Source of the DNA: Octopus sinensis
Lineage: Eukaryota
Assembly (NCBI RefSeq): GCF_006345805.1
Contig: NC_042998.1
Coordinates: 180,234,001-180,298,000, forward strand
DNA: 64,000 bases
Direction of reading: 5' to 3'
Below the pieces are notes generated by a model that ran no database searches, was not told where the DNA came from, and saw nothing but the letters and a program-made list of their open reading frames with translations. Below, in pieces: positions 1 to 12,170 of this stretch; the stretch's first letter is position 1; each line of letters opens with the position of its first letter. A program made the translations under genes and the position numbers.

Positions 1-620
1 AAGTGTTTATGTATGTATGTATGTATGTATGTATGATGTACGTATGAATGTATGTATGTGTGTGTGTATGTATGTATGTATGTATGTATATATGTATGTA
101 TGTATGAATGTATGTATGTGTATGTGTATGTATGTATATATGTATGTACGTGTGTATGTATGTATGTATGTATATATGTATGTACGTGTGCATGTATGTA
201 TGTATGTATGTATATATGTATGTACGTGTGTATGTATGTATTATGTATGTATGTGTGTATGTATGTGTGTATGTATGTGTGTGTATGTATGTATGTGTGT
301 ATGTATGTATGTATGTATGTATGTTTATATGCATGCATGTATGTATGTATGTTTGTATGTATGTGTGTATGTATGTGTGTATGTATGTATGTATGAGTGT
401 ATGTATGTATGCGTGCGTGTATGTATGTATGTGTGTATGTATGTATGCGTGTGTGTGTGTATGTGTATGTACGCGTGTGCATATGCGTGCGCGCGTCGTG
501 TATATTTGCATATATTTGTACACAAGTACAGACATAGAAACACACATGCACAGTCACTTATACAAACAAATATATGTGTGCGTCTGTGTGTGCACGCGCG
601 AGTGTGTGTGTCTGGACTTC
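1..620. repeat. (TATG/TGTA)n compound microsatellite
   Basis: Continuous degenerate tetranucleotide/dinucleotide tract; source of the MYVC-type pseudo-ORFs. Confidence 0.95.
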
Positions 621-1229
621 GAGGTGGTTACAGCCAACTAATCAAGTAAAATTTTAACTTAACTACATACACAGGAACCAAACAAATTTGTAATCGAAAA
701 AAATATTTAACTCATTTAACTAAGCGAATTCCTACATACGTCCATATATAATATATATATATATATGCATGCACACACACTGATATTACCTTTGTATGTA
801 TAGGTAACACATGTGTATGTGTGTGTCTTATATATATATATATATATATATAATATATTATATATATATTATATTATATATATAATATTATATATATCTA
901 TATATATATATCACACACATGTGTCCTCTCCTCCTCTCTCTCTCTCTCTCTCTCTCTATATAGAGATATATATATTATGTCTCTCTCTCTATGTATGTGT
1001 ATGTATGTATGTATGTATGATGTATGGTATTATGTATGTATGTATGTGTGTGTATTTATGAATGTATGTGTCTAGAAAAATAAGATAGACATTAAAAAAA
1101 AAAAAGACATCGAATAGTTCAAAAGACATTTTTTTCATATTCTGTCTTTACCCTTTAATGAACAGAGCTTTAAAAGCAAACAAGCAAAACGTGAACGTTT
1201 CAAGTATTCGATAACAGATATAGAAAAAA

Positions 1230-1329
1230 NNNNNNNNNNNNNNNNNNNNNNNNNNNNNNNNNNNNNNNNNNNNNNNNNNNNNNNNNNNNNNNNNNNNNNN
1301 NNNNNNNNNNNNNNNNNNNNNNNNNNNNN
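1230..1329. other. Assembly gap (100 N)
   Basis: Exactly 100 N, the usual placeholder for a scaffold join; true distance across it is unknown. Confidence 0.97.
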
Positions 1330-1913
1330 TCTAAAACTGTGAGAGTTAAGGCCCCTGTTGGGGGTGGGCATCTTAATGTCAACAGAGAAGTGAATTGTTG
1401 AAAATCTTTTTAACTTGGGTCTTATATCTATTGTTTGAATTTCTTTGAAATAGGAAATATATGTTCACCGGGTTTGTAAAAGAGTGCAAAGCTACAGGAA
1501 ACCAAAAGACGAATGATCACAATAAGCAGTCAGTTACCCTACCCTAGTCGTTACTTGAAGTACCGGTTCAAGAACTATGTTTTATATATATATATGTGTG
1601 TGTGTGTGCGTGTGTGTGTGTGTGCGTGTGTGTGTGTGCGTGTGTGTATGTGTTTATACATATATGTATATATATATATACACACACACATACACAAAAA
1701 CACACATACACACACAAAGATAAATTGATAGATACAACTGAGTGGGCAAACAAAAATATGAGACACTTCGTAGTGCTTTTTTATATTTTGACAAGCCTGG
1801 TACTTATTCTATCAGTTTCTTCTTGTGAAACCAGTAAGTTATGGGGATGTAAATAAACGAACACCAGTTGTGAAACAGTGATGAGGGAGAAACACAAAGA
1901 CACACACATAGAT

Positions 1914-2332
1914 TTACTCTTTTACTTGTTTCACTCATTTGACTGTGGCCATGCAGGAGCACCGTCTTTAGTCGAGCAAATTGATCGCAGGACTTATTCT
2001 TTATAAGCCTAGTACTTATTCTATCGCTCTCTTTTGCCGAACCGCTCAGTTACGGGGACGTAACACACCAGCATCGGTTGTCAAGCGATGTTAGGAGGAC
2101 AAACACAGACACACAAATATATATACACACAGGCATACACACATACACACACACACATATATATATATATGACAGGCTTCTTTTAGTTTCCGTCTGCCAA
2201 ATATACTCACACGGCTTTGGTCGGCCCGAGGCTATAGTAAAAGACACTTGCCCAAGTTGCCACGCAGTGGGACTGAAACAGGAACCATGTGGTTAGTAAG
2301 CAAGCTACTTACCACACAGCCACTCCTATGCC
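1914..2332 (-). mobile_element. tRNA-derived SINE, family A (CORE-like), full length
   Basis: Near-identical to copies at 8115, 24182 and 54645. On the minus strand those copies show a tRNA-like head with box A/B (gtggctgtgtggtaag...gggttcagtcccac), a CORE-like ttgggcaagtgtctt, an internal (TA/CA)n tract and a 3' tail ggcggtgctccagcatggccgcagtcaaatgactgaaacaagta; this copy differs at a few positions. Confidence 0.85.
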
Positions 2333-3397
2333 TACAGTCACTCCTACTTACACATATTCGTACATATACATACCATTGATTTCTTTCAGTTTCTGTCTAC
2401 AAAATCCACTGTCAAGGCTTTGGTTGGTCTGAGGCTATAGAAGACACATGCCAAGTTACCACACAATGGGACTGAACTGAGGAACCAAGTTTGTTACCAC
2501 AAAGCCACACCTGCACCTATGTATATGTATATATATATATATATATAGTGTGTGTGTGTGTGTGTGTGTGTGTATGGGGGTGTATCGCTCTGTGTGTGTG
2601 TATGGGTGTATACATGTATGCATGTATATATATGTATATATATGTGTACATATTACATGTACATCTATATATACATCTAGACATACATGTTTACATATAC
2701 ATGTATATCTATAGAAATACATCTATACATATACATATATACATATACAGCTATACATTTACATGTATACATATACATCTATATATATTCACATGAATCA
2801 TGACGCGCACTCTTTGACCTTTCCTCCCTGCCTGTCTGTCTTCCTCTCTACTTGTCTCTCTCCTTATTTTTCACCCGTTCTGGTTTCTTCCCCCCCCCTC
2901 TCTCTCTCCTCCTCCTCCTGACCAGAGGGCTGCTAAAGCTTTCTTTCAGTTTCGTGCTTCAACAAGTATAGATCGACTTCTGTCCTTCGTAAGCCGATTT
3001 TTCACATGCGTTCTAACTAATTTTTCCACCGTCTAGGCAAAAAACCCTTATTGTTGGTTCCCTGTCCTGTTTCTTTATTTATACTGACTGTTTTTTCTTC
3101 ATTTGTATTGTGTTTTCTTCATTTGTATTGCTTTTACGTCCTGTTTTTGTCACTTGTTTTACCCCTCTGCAAAAGAATTTTATTTAATTCCCTTTGCAGG
3201 AAGGACTGCTTCGGCGGTGTTCTGTCCTTACCTTCAAAACACGCATTGAGTCGAACCAGGGACAGCTGATGAAGGGGAATTTTCCTTGTATTGTTTGTCC
3301 TGTACTCTGTTTTTTCGTTGTTTAAAAAAAGGCCGTTTCCTTGTTTGATTTTATGTTTTCGTCTCTCGTGTTCTACGTTTATTTGTGGTGTCCTGTA

Positions 3398-3431
<34 letters not shown>

Positions 3432-3838
3432 TGTATATATACATGTAGATGTAAGTATGTACATATATGTATGTATATATGCATATATTTTATTTATTTA
3501 TTATATTATTATATGACCGAACGCACGCGTTATTTCTCTTCTCCAAGTAAGTTTATATATATATACATCCATATACATACAATAGAGAGATGTTTTTGTT
3601 TCACTTTTAACTCATAATACTGAAATAGTGGAGAAGATGTGATATTGCTGTGGGCTCGCCCTAGGCAAGAAGTTAAACATTCTTTTTGCCCATAACACTA
3701 CATGGACCCTAAGTAAGGCATGTGTAAAATTTGAATGAAATTGGTTTTGTACTTCTCAAGTTTTACGGATTCACACAGACAGACACACATTCTCAGTTTT
3801 ATATATATATATATATATATCCTTAAATCCTTATATAT

Positions 3839-3908
3839 ATATCGGTGGTTCAGTGGTAGAATGCTCGCTGCCACGCGGGCGGCCCGGGTTCGTTTCCCGG
3901 CCGATGCA
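3839..3908 (+). pseudogene. tRNA-Gly(GCC) pseudogene or SINE head
   Basis: atcggtggttcagtggtagaatgctcgc-tgccacgcgggcggcccgggttcgtttcccggccgatgca matches invertebrate tRNA-Gly-GCC except for: 5' GC replaced by TA repeat, one C missing in the anticodon stem, and A58->T in the T-loop. No oligo-T terminator follows. Confidence 0.8.
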
Positions 3909-5425
3909 CAAAGATAATTAACGGCGGTGCATCAGCATGGCCGCAGCTCTGAGCTGAAACTAGGAAAAAAATATATATATACATGCGACGGAGAGAGAGG
4001 AATTTAAATAGAGATGGATGTATATATATAAATCTCTCTCTCTCACACACACACATATATTCATATGTAATATATATGCATACGCACATCAAATAGAGCC
4101 GCTTGAAACGGCCGTAATACCTGGACAAACTTGTTTCTTATCTGTTTTTTATGCATACATATATATATTCATTCATACTCATTCATAAAGGCTACTAAAA
4201 ATCACATGATATTCACGTATATATGTACCAGCATGGCCGCAGTCAAAAGGCTAAGACTAGTAAAAATATAAGAGAATACACACGCATACACATACATATG
4301 TATGTGTGTGTACATGCTATAAATACAGCGAATTTATACATTTTTAAAATGTAATTTTTGTATTATATGTGGCCTGCGACAAGAAAAAAGATATTTATTT
4401 GGTAAAAATCTAATTTTCTCCGTCTTTCCTAAATTCATTATATTCGTTAGATATGAAAATCTCTCAAGGAAATTTAGCTCGGGGCTGTCTCTTGAAAAAC
4501 TACTGTCCAGCTACAATGCAAAACAGAAGGAAAAAGAGAGAAGAAAGAAACAGTGATGAAATAAATAAATAATGAAAAATAAAAATAAAAAGAATTAATA
4601 AAACAGAAATGAAGAAAATAACGGAACAGATGTGATTCAGATAAAGAAGGGTCTAACCAGCCAGAAAGCAATATGCAATTGTGAGTTTTCAGTGCCCTAA
4701 TTTAGAAGAATATTATAGGTAATAAAAATTGCCCATTCTGATAATTCCTGATGTAATTACAGCAAGATTTTACTAGTTATGTATACGTTTACAAACATTA
4801 ATTGTCTTTTACGTAGGAAGATGTACGGTATATTTATCTCGATGCAACTTTCCTATAATTATTCATAACATATATATGCAAACAGCTCTAGACACGAATC
4901 CATTTTGTCTTTCTCTCACCCACACATGCTCCTACGCGCAACATACATATGAAAAGATATATTGATATGTATGATACGCATGTAATATATCTAAAACACA
5001 CACACACAATATATCTAAACCGCATAACATAGAAAGACACGCAAGTACACATACACACCTATATATAATATACATATATGTATACATATACATATACATA
5101 TATACATATATATATTATATATAGATATATATATATATATATATAATATATATATACTATATATATACACACACACCACATATATATATAGATACATATA
5201 TATATATATACAAATATTACATATATATATACATATATACATATATACATATATACATATATATACCTATATATATATGCATATATATACATATATATAC
5301 ATATATATATACATATATATACATGTATATAATATATATAATATATATTTGTATGTGTATGAACCTACATACTCACGTATGCATGTGAGGATGTATATAC
5401 GTACACACACACACACACACCCACA

Positions 5426-5461
<36 letters not shown>

Positions 5462-5467
<6 letters not shown>

Positions 5468-6277
5468 ATGTATGTATTTATGCTTGTACATGGCTGCATT
5501 CTTGAATTTGCCTATCATGGGAATGAAACACTCTATTTTACTCTATAGATTAGAACTGATGTATAACCGAGAGAAAGATGAAAGACATACAAGGATGCTA
5601 TTCACAGAATATTTTTCTTGTGATGTGGTGACTAGGAGGATTTCAAAAGTTGTCAGAGACTCTTTTGGGTGTTAAAAAAAAAGCAGAAAGCTTTGCTTTA
5701 ATTCGGGACGGATCAGTCTAGGAAAATATTCCTCGGTTCTCGGATGGCTTTCTTACAACAGTGAGGCAGTGAGAAAATCATTTTCATTTGTACATAATTA
5801 ATGTTTCTGTTTGTATTTTTGAGTTGCGAGTGAATTGCTTCATCAGCTTATTTTATTTTTGATTTTTACTTTAAAGTATTCTATGTGTGAAGGATATTCC
5901 AAGATATATATTTTCTGTTGGATTCGTGTTCGAACGCATTGTCATCAAGAGTAATCAGCATAAAATGGCAGAGCTCCGACCAGTTGACTCAAAGTACTAC
6001 AGTGTTTAATCGTACGTTGAGGTGTACTATAGAATTATGTGGGGTTATATCAGCAATGGTCAAACCTGTATGTAGATGCAATAATGGAGAGAGTTGCGGA
6101 AATAGATCGCGAGCCACTACACATTCTTCATTTATTTTCTCTCTTTGTTTCTTTCTGTGGAAAAGCGTAGGCTCGAAACGTTAAAAACTTTTTCACTTCT
6201 CGAGCGTTATACTAATACATCTGTTTGTTTTCTACACCACCTGTTTTCGACTTTTGTTTTTTGTTTGTGAATTCTCC

Positions 6278-6316
<39 letters not shown>

Positions 6317-6320
6317 ATAT

Positions 6321-6351
<31 letters not shown>

Positions 6352-7167
6352 CAATATGTATGTATTTATGCTTGTACATGGCTGCATTCTTGAATTTGCC
6401 TATCATGGGAATGAAACACTCTATTTTACTCTATAGATTAGAACTGATGTATAAAACGAGAGAAAGATGAAAGACATACAAGGATGCTATTCACAGAATA
6501 TTTTTCTTGTGATGTGGTGACTAGGAGGATTTCAAAAAGTTGTCAGAGACTCTTTTGGGGTTAAAAAAAAAAGCAGAAAGCTTTGCTTTAATTCGGGACG
6601 GATCAGTCTAGGAAAATATTCCTCGGTTCTCGGATGGCTGTCTTACAAACAGTGAGGCAGTGAGAAAATCATTTTCATTTGTACATAATTAATGTTTCTG
6701 TTTGTATTTTTGAGTTGCGAGTGAATTGCTTCAGCTTATTTTATTTTTGATTTTTTACTTTAAAGTATTCTATTGTGTGAAGGATATTCCAAGATATATA
6801 TTTTCTGTTGGATTCGTGTTCGAACGCATTGTCATCAAGAGTAATCAGCATAAAATGGCAGAGCTCCGACCAGTTGACTCAAAGTACTACAGTGTTTAAT
6901 CGTACGTTGAGGTGTACTATAGAATTATGTGGGGTTATATCAGCAATGGTCAAACCTGTATGTAGATGCAATAATGGAGAGAGTTGCGGAAATAGATCGC
7001 GAGCCACTACACATTCTTCATTTATTTTCTCTCTTTGTTTCTTTCTGTGGAAAAGCGTAGGCTCGAAACGTTAAAAACTTTTTCACTTCTCGAGCGTTAT
7101 ACTAATACATCTGTTTGTTTTCTACACCACCTGTTTTCGACTTTTGTTTTTTGTTTGTGAATTCTCC

Positions 7168-7170
<3 letters not shown>
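5462..7170. repeat. Tandem duplication, 890-bp period (5462-6280 and 6351-7170)
   Basis: Two near-identical copies; the same 88-aa ORF occurs at 5918 and 6808. Units are bounded by (CA)n(TA)n tracts. Confidence 0.95.
6120..6280 (+). mobile_element. Dispersed repeat family D (possible Penelope-like pLTR remnant)
   Basis: Motif ctgt(a/g)gaa(g/a)agcgt(a/c)ggc(t/g)cgaaacgt...actaatacatctgtttgttt...ctcccta recurs at 7010-7170, 37285-37850 (interrupted by a SINE) and 49115-49310 (minus), always abutting (TA/CA)n. Confidence 0.6.
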
Positions 7171-7240
<70 letters not shown>

Positions 7241-7390
7241 GTATATATATATGTATGTATGTATGTATGTATATATGTATATATATATGTATGTATATAT
7301 GTATGTATATTTGTATATATGTATGTATATATGTATGTATGTATATTTACATGTATATATATATTCATATATATACACATAAATACATAC

Positions 7391-7423
<33 letters not shown>

Positions 7424-7556
7424 CATACTTGTTATTTATATACATACATATATGTATATACATACATATTATATATAATATATACATATATATATATACA
7501 TATATATAATACATATATATATACATACATATATATATATATATATATAATATATA

Positions 7557-7597
<41 letters not shown>

Positions 7598-7708
7598 TAA
7601 ATACATATTTATATATATATACATACATACATATATATATACATACACATATATACATACATACATATATATATATATATACATATTAATAGAAATACAT
7701 ACATATAT

Positions 7709-7763
<55 letters not shown>

Positions 7764-7795
7764 CATACACACACACATATACATATATATATAAA
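7170..7795. repeat. (CA)n/(TA)n/(TATG)n microsatellite block
   Basis: Simple-repeat tract seen directly. Confidence 0.95.
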
Positions 7796-8114
7796 GATGA
7801 GAAATTCTCTAAGTAAATCTGTTTGGAGCAGCAGCAGTATGTGGGTGTGAGATGTAGGTACGTGTGGATATTACTTGGTGTGGAGAATTCAGAATCTCAA
7901 ACAATTCAGCATCTGTGACAATGCCGAACGAATTACAAGAACCAAGTTTTATCTGTAGTGAAGTTAATGAATGTACAGACCGCACACAGGTTTGCACAAT
8001 GCATGTTAAGAGACAATGTAGCTATTCATAATGGTTAAAATTGTTCAAACATATGTAGAAACTGCTGATGAACTGAGAGGAAAGACAAAGAAGACGAGCC
8101 AGGGTGATCTTATC

Positions 8115-8528
8115 TCTTTTACTCTCTTACTCTTTTACTTGTTTCAGTCATTTGACTGCGGCCATGCTGGAGCACCGCCTTTAGTCGAGCAAATCGACCC
8201 CGGGACTTATTCTTTGTAAGCCCAGTACTTATTCTATCGGTCTCTTTTGCCGAACCGCTAAGTGACGGGGACGTAAACACACCAGCATCGGTTGTCAATC
8301 AATGCTAGGGGGACAAACACAGACACAAACACACACACATACATACATATATATATATATATACGACAGGCTTCATTCAGTTTCCGTCTACCAAATCCAC
8401 TCACAAGGCATTGGTCGGCCCGGGGCTATAGCAGAAGACACTTGCCCAAGATGCCACGCAGTGGGACTGAACCTGGAACCGTGTGATTGGATAGCAAGCT
8501 ACTTACCACACAGCCACTCCTGCGCCTA
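8115..8528 (-). mobile_element. SINE family A, full length
   Basis: Same head, core and tail as 1914-2332. Confidence 0.85.
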
Positions 8529-9129
8529 TGTACATCATATATATATCTAATGGCTAGTCACAGAGAAGTATTCCAAAATTAAATAGAACAGCGACAAGTT
8601 TAGATAAGCTAATTATTGTCATATAAAATATAATGAAATCTAATATTGTATTAAAACATAATTAAATATATGTATGTTACGCGCACTGTGTCCAGCACTC
8701 TAAGATTTTACCCTCAGTTTTGTTAATTGTGCATTAAAATTAAGTACATAGTTATAAAACCACAAGCGTGCAGATGTGTGTGGGTATGCGTGTATGGGTG
8801 TGGTGTGTGCGTGTGTGTGTGTGTGTGTGTGCGTGTGTGTGCGTGTGTGTGTGTGTACGCTTTTATACTAAGAAAATATGAGATTAGGTGTCATTAATAC
8901 TTTTCTCAAAAGCGTTATATGTCGAAATCATGCCAGGTTTTGAACGGTAGAAAGTTTATGTGTTCCTCTCTGGTATCTCTCGCATTCTTGAATTGACGTA
9001 ATCTGGTGCAGATTAATTATAAAAATGAGGTTTATAATTTACTGAATTGTAAACGGTACCGGATTGTTGACATCTTTTGAAGCTGGTACTAATGCTGGTT
9101 TTAAATTCTGCCACAAGGCCTATGATTTA

Positions 9130-9550
9130 ATGGGATGGATAAGTGTAATACATCGGTCCAGTGTTCAAATAGTACTTATCTTATCGGCGGCGAGCTGGCA
9201 GAAACGTTAGCACGCCGGCGAAATGCGTAGCCGTATTTCGTCTGTCGTTACGTTGTGAGTTCAAATTCCGCCGAGGTCAATTTTGCCTTTCATCCTTTCG
9301 GGGTCGATAAATTAAGCACCAGTTACGCAGTGGGGTCGATGTAATCGACTTAATACCTATATCTGTCTTTGTTTGTCCCCTCTATTTTTAGCCCCTTGTG
9401 GGTAGTAAAGAAATAGGTACTTATCTTATCGACCTTGAAGGGTAAAAGCAACGTCACCTCGGTGGGGCTTGAACTCAGAACGTGAAAACGGACGAAATGC
9501 TGCTAAGCATTATACCCAGCGCGCTACCGATTATGCCTGCTCGCTGCCTT
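9130..9550 (-). mobile_element. Older SINE of family B2 (same head as B, different tail), interrupted by a young B copy
   Basis: Reverse complement reads aaggcagcgagcaggcataatcggtagcg...gttctgagttcaagccccaccgagg...gataagataagtac; it is split at 9172-9430. Confidence 0.65.
9186..9416 (+). mobile_element. SINE family B with 14-bp TSD
   Basis: ggcggcgagctggcagaaacgttagc...gagttcaaattccgccgagg...gccccttgtgggtagtaaagaaata, flanked by gtacttatcttatc at 9172-9185 and 9417-9430. Confidence 0.9.
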
Positions 9551-11632
9551 AGTTGGTACTAATATCAGAGTTTAATATAGAGCTGTGAGTTGGCAGAATT
9601 GCCAACGTGTAAGGAAAAATACTTAGCGGCTTTTCGTCCGTCTTTTCATTCTGAGTTCAAATTCCGCGGAGTTCGACAAAATAAGTGGCAGCTGAGCACT
9701 GGGGTCGATGTAATCGATTTACTCCCTCCTCCGAAACCAATATCAAAGTTTCGTATAACTTTGACAGAATTCAAAATTCCCAACAGAGTCGAACAAAGTA
9801 AAATGCGTAAAGTATTTAAACATTTAATTAGCTCATCTAAAAAGGTCGTTGTTCTGTTTAATATTGATTCCTCTCTGGCTAGATAAAAATTTTTCATCTA
9901 CTATGACAGTGGTAAATGTGATGATTATATTTTCGTATGGAATTTAAAGCTGTAAATTAAGCATACTTGCTTCAAACAAAGATTGAAACGGTGTTGTCGA
10001 GGTTACTACTTTACAACGCTGACCTTTAATTCAAATCGATACTGTTTTCTTTGTTAGTTTCATAAAAGTTCTCTGATTTATAAAGAAAAGAAATGAAGTG
10101 TTTTTGTGTTTCTTGCTAAAAGCATGAATGCTGCAACACCCTTTCAATTATGATAATATCTATCTACTTACCCAGGACTAATAACTAAATAAACATTTGT
10201 CAGTTATACAGATCTTATTATACTGCTTACATAAGAACTCTACCTGTCATGATATTTTATTTACAGCAAGTTGGATTATAACAGCGGGAAATAAGTCTGT
10301 TTACAAATGACACAAGAATGTACGATCTAGTTGTAAGTATTAACGGATTTAATGTTTCTACCTCAAAATAAATATAAATAAATACATAAATAAATACATA
10401 AATAAATAAATCATGAGCAACATATTGTTATTGCTAGGATAAAGTTGTTTACTTGAGGAACTGTTCAATTGTTTACAATTTTGAGTTCAAATCCTGAAGA
10501 TGGAAGAATTCTATGCTATTAGTAGAAGATTTGCGACAGTGAGACACATCAACAAAGATAGAAAGCATGCCGTTATGAAAAATCTGTTTTGTTATTTACA
10601 CCCTGTACCCACTCAGCCACCATTAGAAGAAATCACGTATAGTCTCTCGCTTAAATGAACAATCATTCTCCATTCTAAGTGACAGCGAAGAGATTAACAG
10701 GGAACAACAGGAAAAATGATAAAACGTTTTATAAACAACATCCGTATAGCGCCATTGCCATAAAGAAAATATCTGAAAAAATTGATAGATTTTATACACG
10801 ATTTGACCTTTGAAATAGTGATTCAAATGTAAACAGAGTTGCTATGTTGAGTCAGTTGATATTTTGGCTACTGGAAAAAATTGCGCGCTATTCTTTTGTT
10901 CAGGAATGCAAGAAAGCATCGGAGACTCCAAGTTCAAAAAGTTAATGTCATATAACTCGCGCACGCACATATCCACACACACACATATACACACACATAC
11001 ACACACACGTACACACACTGCATGCACACAGAGACTCTCACACACATACGCACACAAACACACAGAGGTGCACATAGACTCACGAACACGTTTGTGTGTC
11101 TGTGTGTGTGTACACATATTCATGATTATATATGTACATATATATATATATATATATATGTACATTTATATAATGTGTGTGTGTGAGTGTGCTAATGTGT
11201 GTAATATTTGTTGCTGTTTTCAATCCCAGTGACATACTTGTGAAATATAATTGACCTTATAAACCTCACAAGCAATAATACTTTACATTCAAAACAAAAC
11301 TTTGTTTTATATATTATTATTTGAAAAGTTCAAATATATTTTTTTCTTATTTTTCTGTCGCAAACCGTCTCTGAAATATTTGAAAACAAACGATAATCCC
11401 AATGATTTAAGCACAGAGATGTACTTTCATATCACCAATACCGCCAGTCTTGCGATGTATTGTTGCGAATGCCATAATCTTTACTCAGTATTTATTTTTC
11501 TTTCTTTTTTTCTGTTTTTAAAATCTATTCACTTCGAAAGTGTGTGAAGTGAACCTTCCGAACAATGAGAAATTATCACGAGTGAGAAATATTTGCCGTC
11601 TATACTATGCTACATACAACAGATGTTATTAA

Positions 11633-11921
11633 ATTTCTTTATTACCCACAGGGGGCGAAATTTCTTAAATAAATGCGCTCTGTTCAAGCCTCGCCACGCT
11701 CATGGCCCCGGTTTCCCGATTTCAATGGCGTATGTCTTCCCCAGCTGGACGAGACGCCAGTCCATCGCAGCGTTACTCATTTTTGCAAGCTGAGTGGACT
11801 GGAGCAACGTGAAATAAAGTGTTTTGCTCAAGAATACAACGCGTCGCCCGGTCCAGGAGTCGAAACCACGATCTTACGATCATGATACTGACACTCTAAC
11901 CACTAAGCCGCGCGCCTCCAC
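11633..11921 (-). mobile_element. tRNA-derived SINE family F carrying an appended B/Tx1-type 3' tail; 17-bp TSD
   Basis: Head tggaggcgcgcggcttagtggttag...gtttcgactcctgg, body gctgcgatggactggcgtc, end gccccctgtgggtaataaagaaat. TSD acaaca(g/c)atgttattaa at 11616-11632 and 11922-11938. Confidence 0.8.
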
Positions 11922-11947
11922 ACAACACATGTTATTAATTAGTAGCG

Positions 11948-12170
11948 CGAAAGGCAGCGAACTAGCAGAAGTGTGTTAGCTCAGAACGTAAACGAGCAAA
12001 ATGCTTAGCAGAATTTCGTCCGTTTTTACCCGAGGTTTCAAGTGCCGTCCTGACCGCTGTTGCTTTTCATCCTTACAAGTCGATAAAATAAGTACCAGTT
12101 GATCGCCGGGTGGATGTAACTGACTATCGGCATCCCCTGAAATTGCTGGCCTTGTGCCAAAATTTTACCT
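11948..12170 (+). mobile_element. Diverged SINE family B2 copy
   Basis: aaggcagcgaactagcagaa...aatgcttagcagaatttcgtccg...gtcgataaaataagtaccagttg...ctggccttgtgcc. Similar decayed copies lie at 9585-9740, 26930-27115 (-), 33540-33710 (-), 39760-39960 and 39980-40200. Confidence 0.6.

Noticed and set aside
17-649. Long ORFs such as MYVCMYVC..., YIYIYI..., IIIII... here and throughout the window
   Set aside because: They are translations of (TATG)n, (TA)n, (CA)n and (TAA)n microsatellites that lack stop codons in some frames; not genes.
3260-3300. Hammerhead candidate GGACAG-CUGAUGA-AGG...CCU...UUGUCC
   Set aside because: It has CUGAUGA, stem I and stem II, but the essential GAAA is replaced by UGUA/GUAU. 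At best it is a fossil in a PLE-like repeat.
5903-6060. DIYFLLDS... reading resembling a vWA domain start, with a GTATGT donor-like site
   Set aside because: There is no MIDAS DxSxS motif, the acceptor is weak and there is an in-frame stop just upstream.
7809-8030. Possible exons: minus-strand IKLGSCNSFGIVTDAELFEILNSPHQ, or plus-strand EGF-like EVNECTDRTQVC
   Set aside because: Cysteine spacing does not complete an EGF domain, neither reading is recognisable, and the two candidates conflict.
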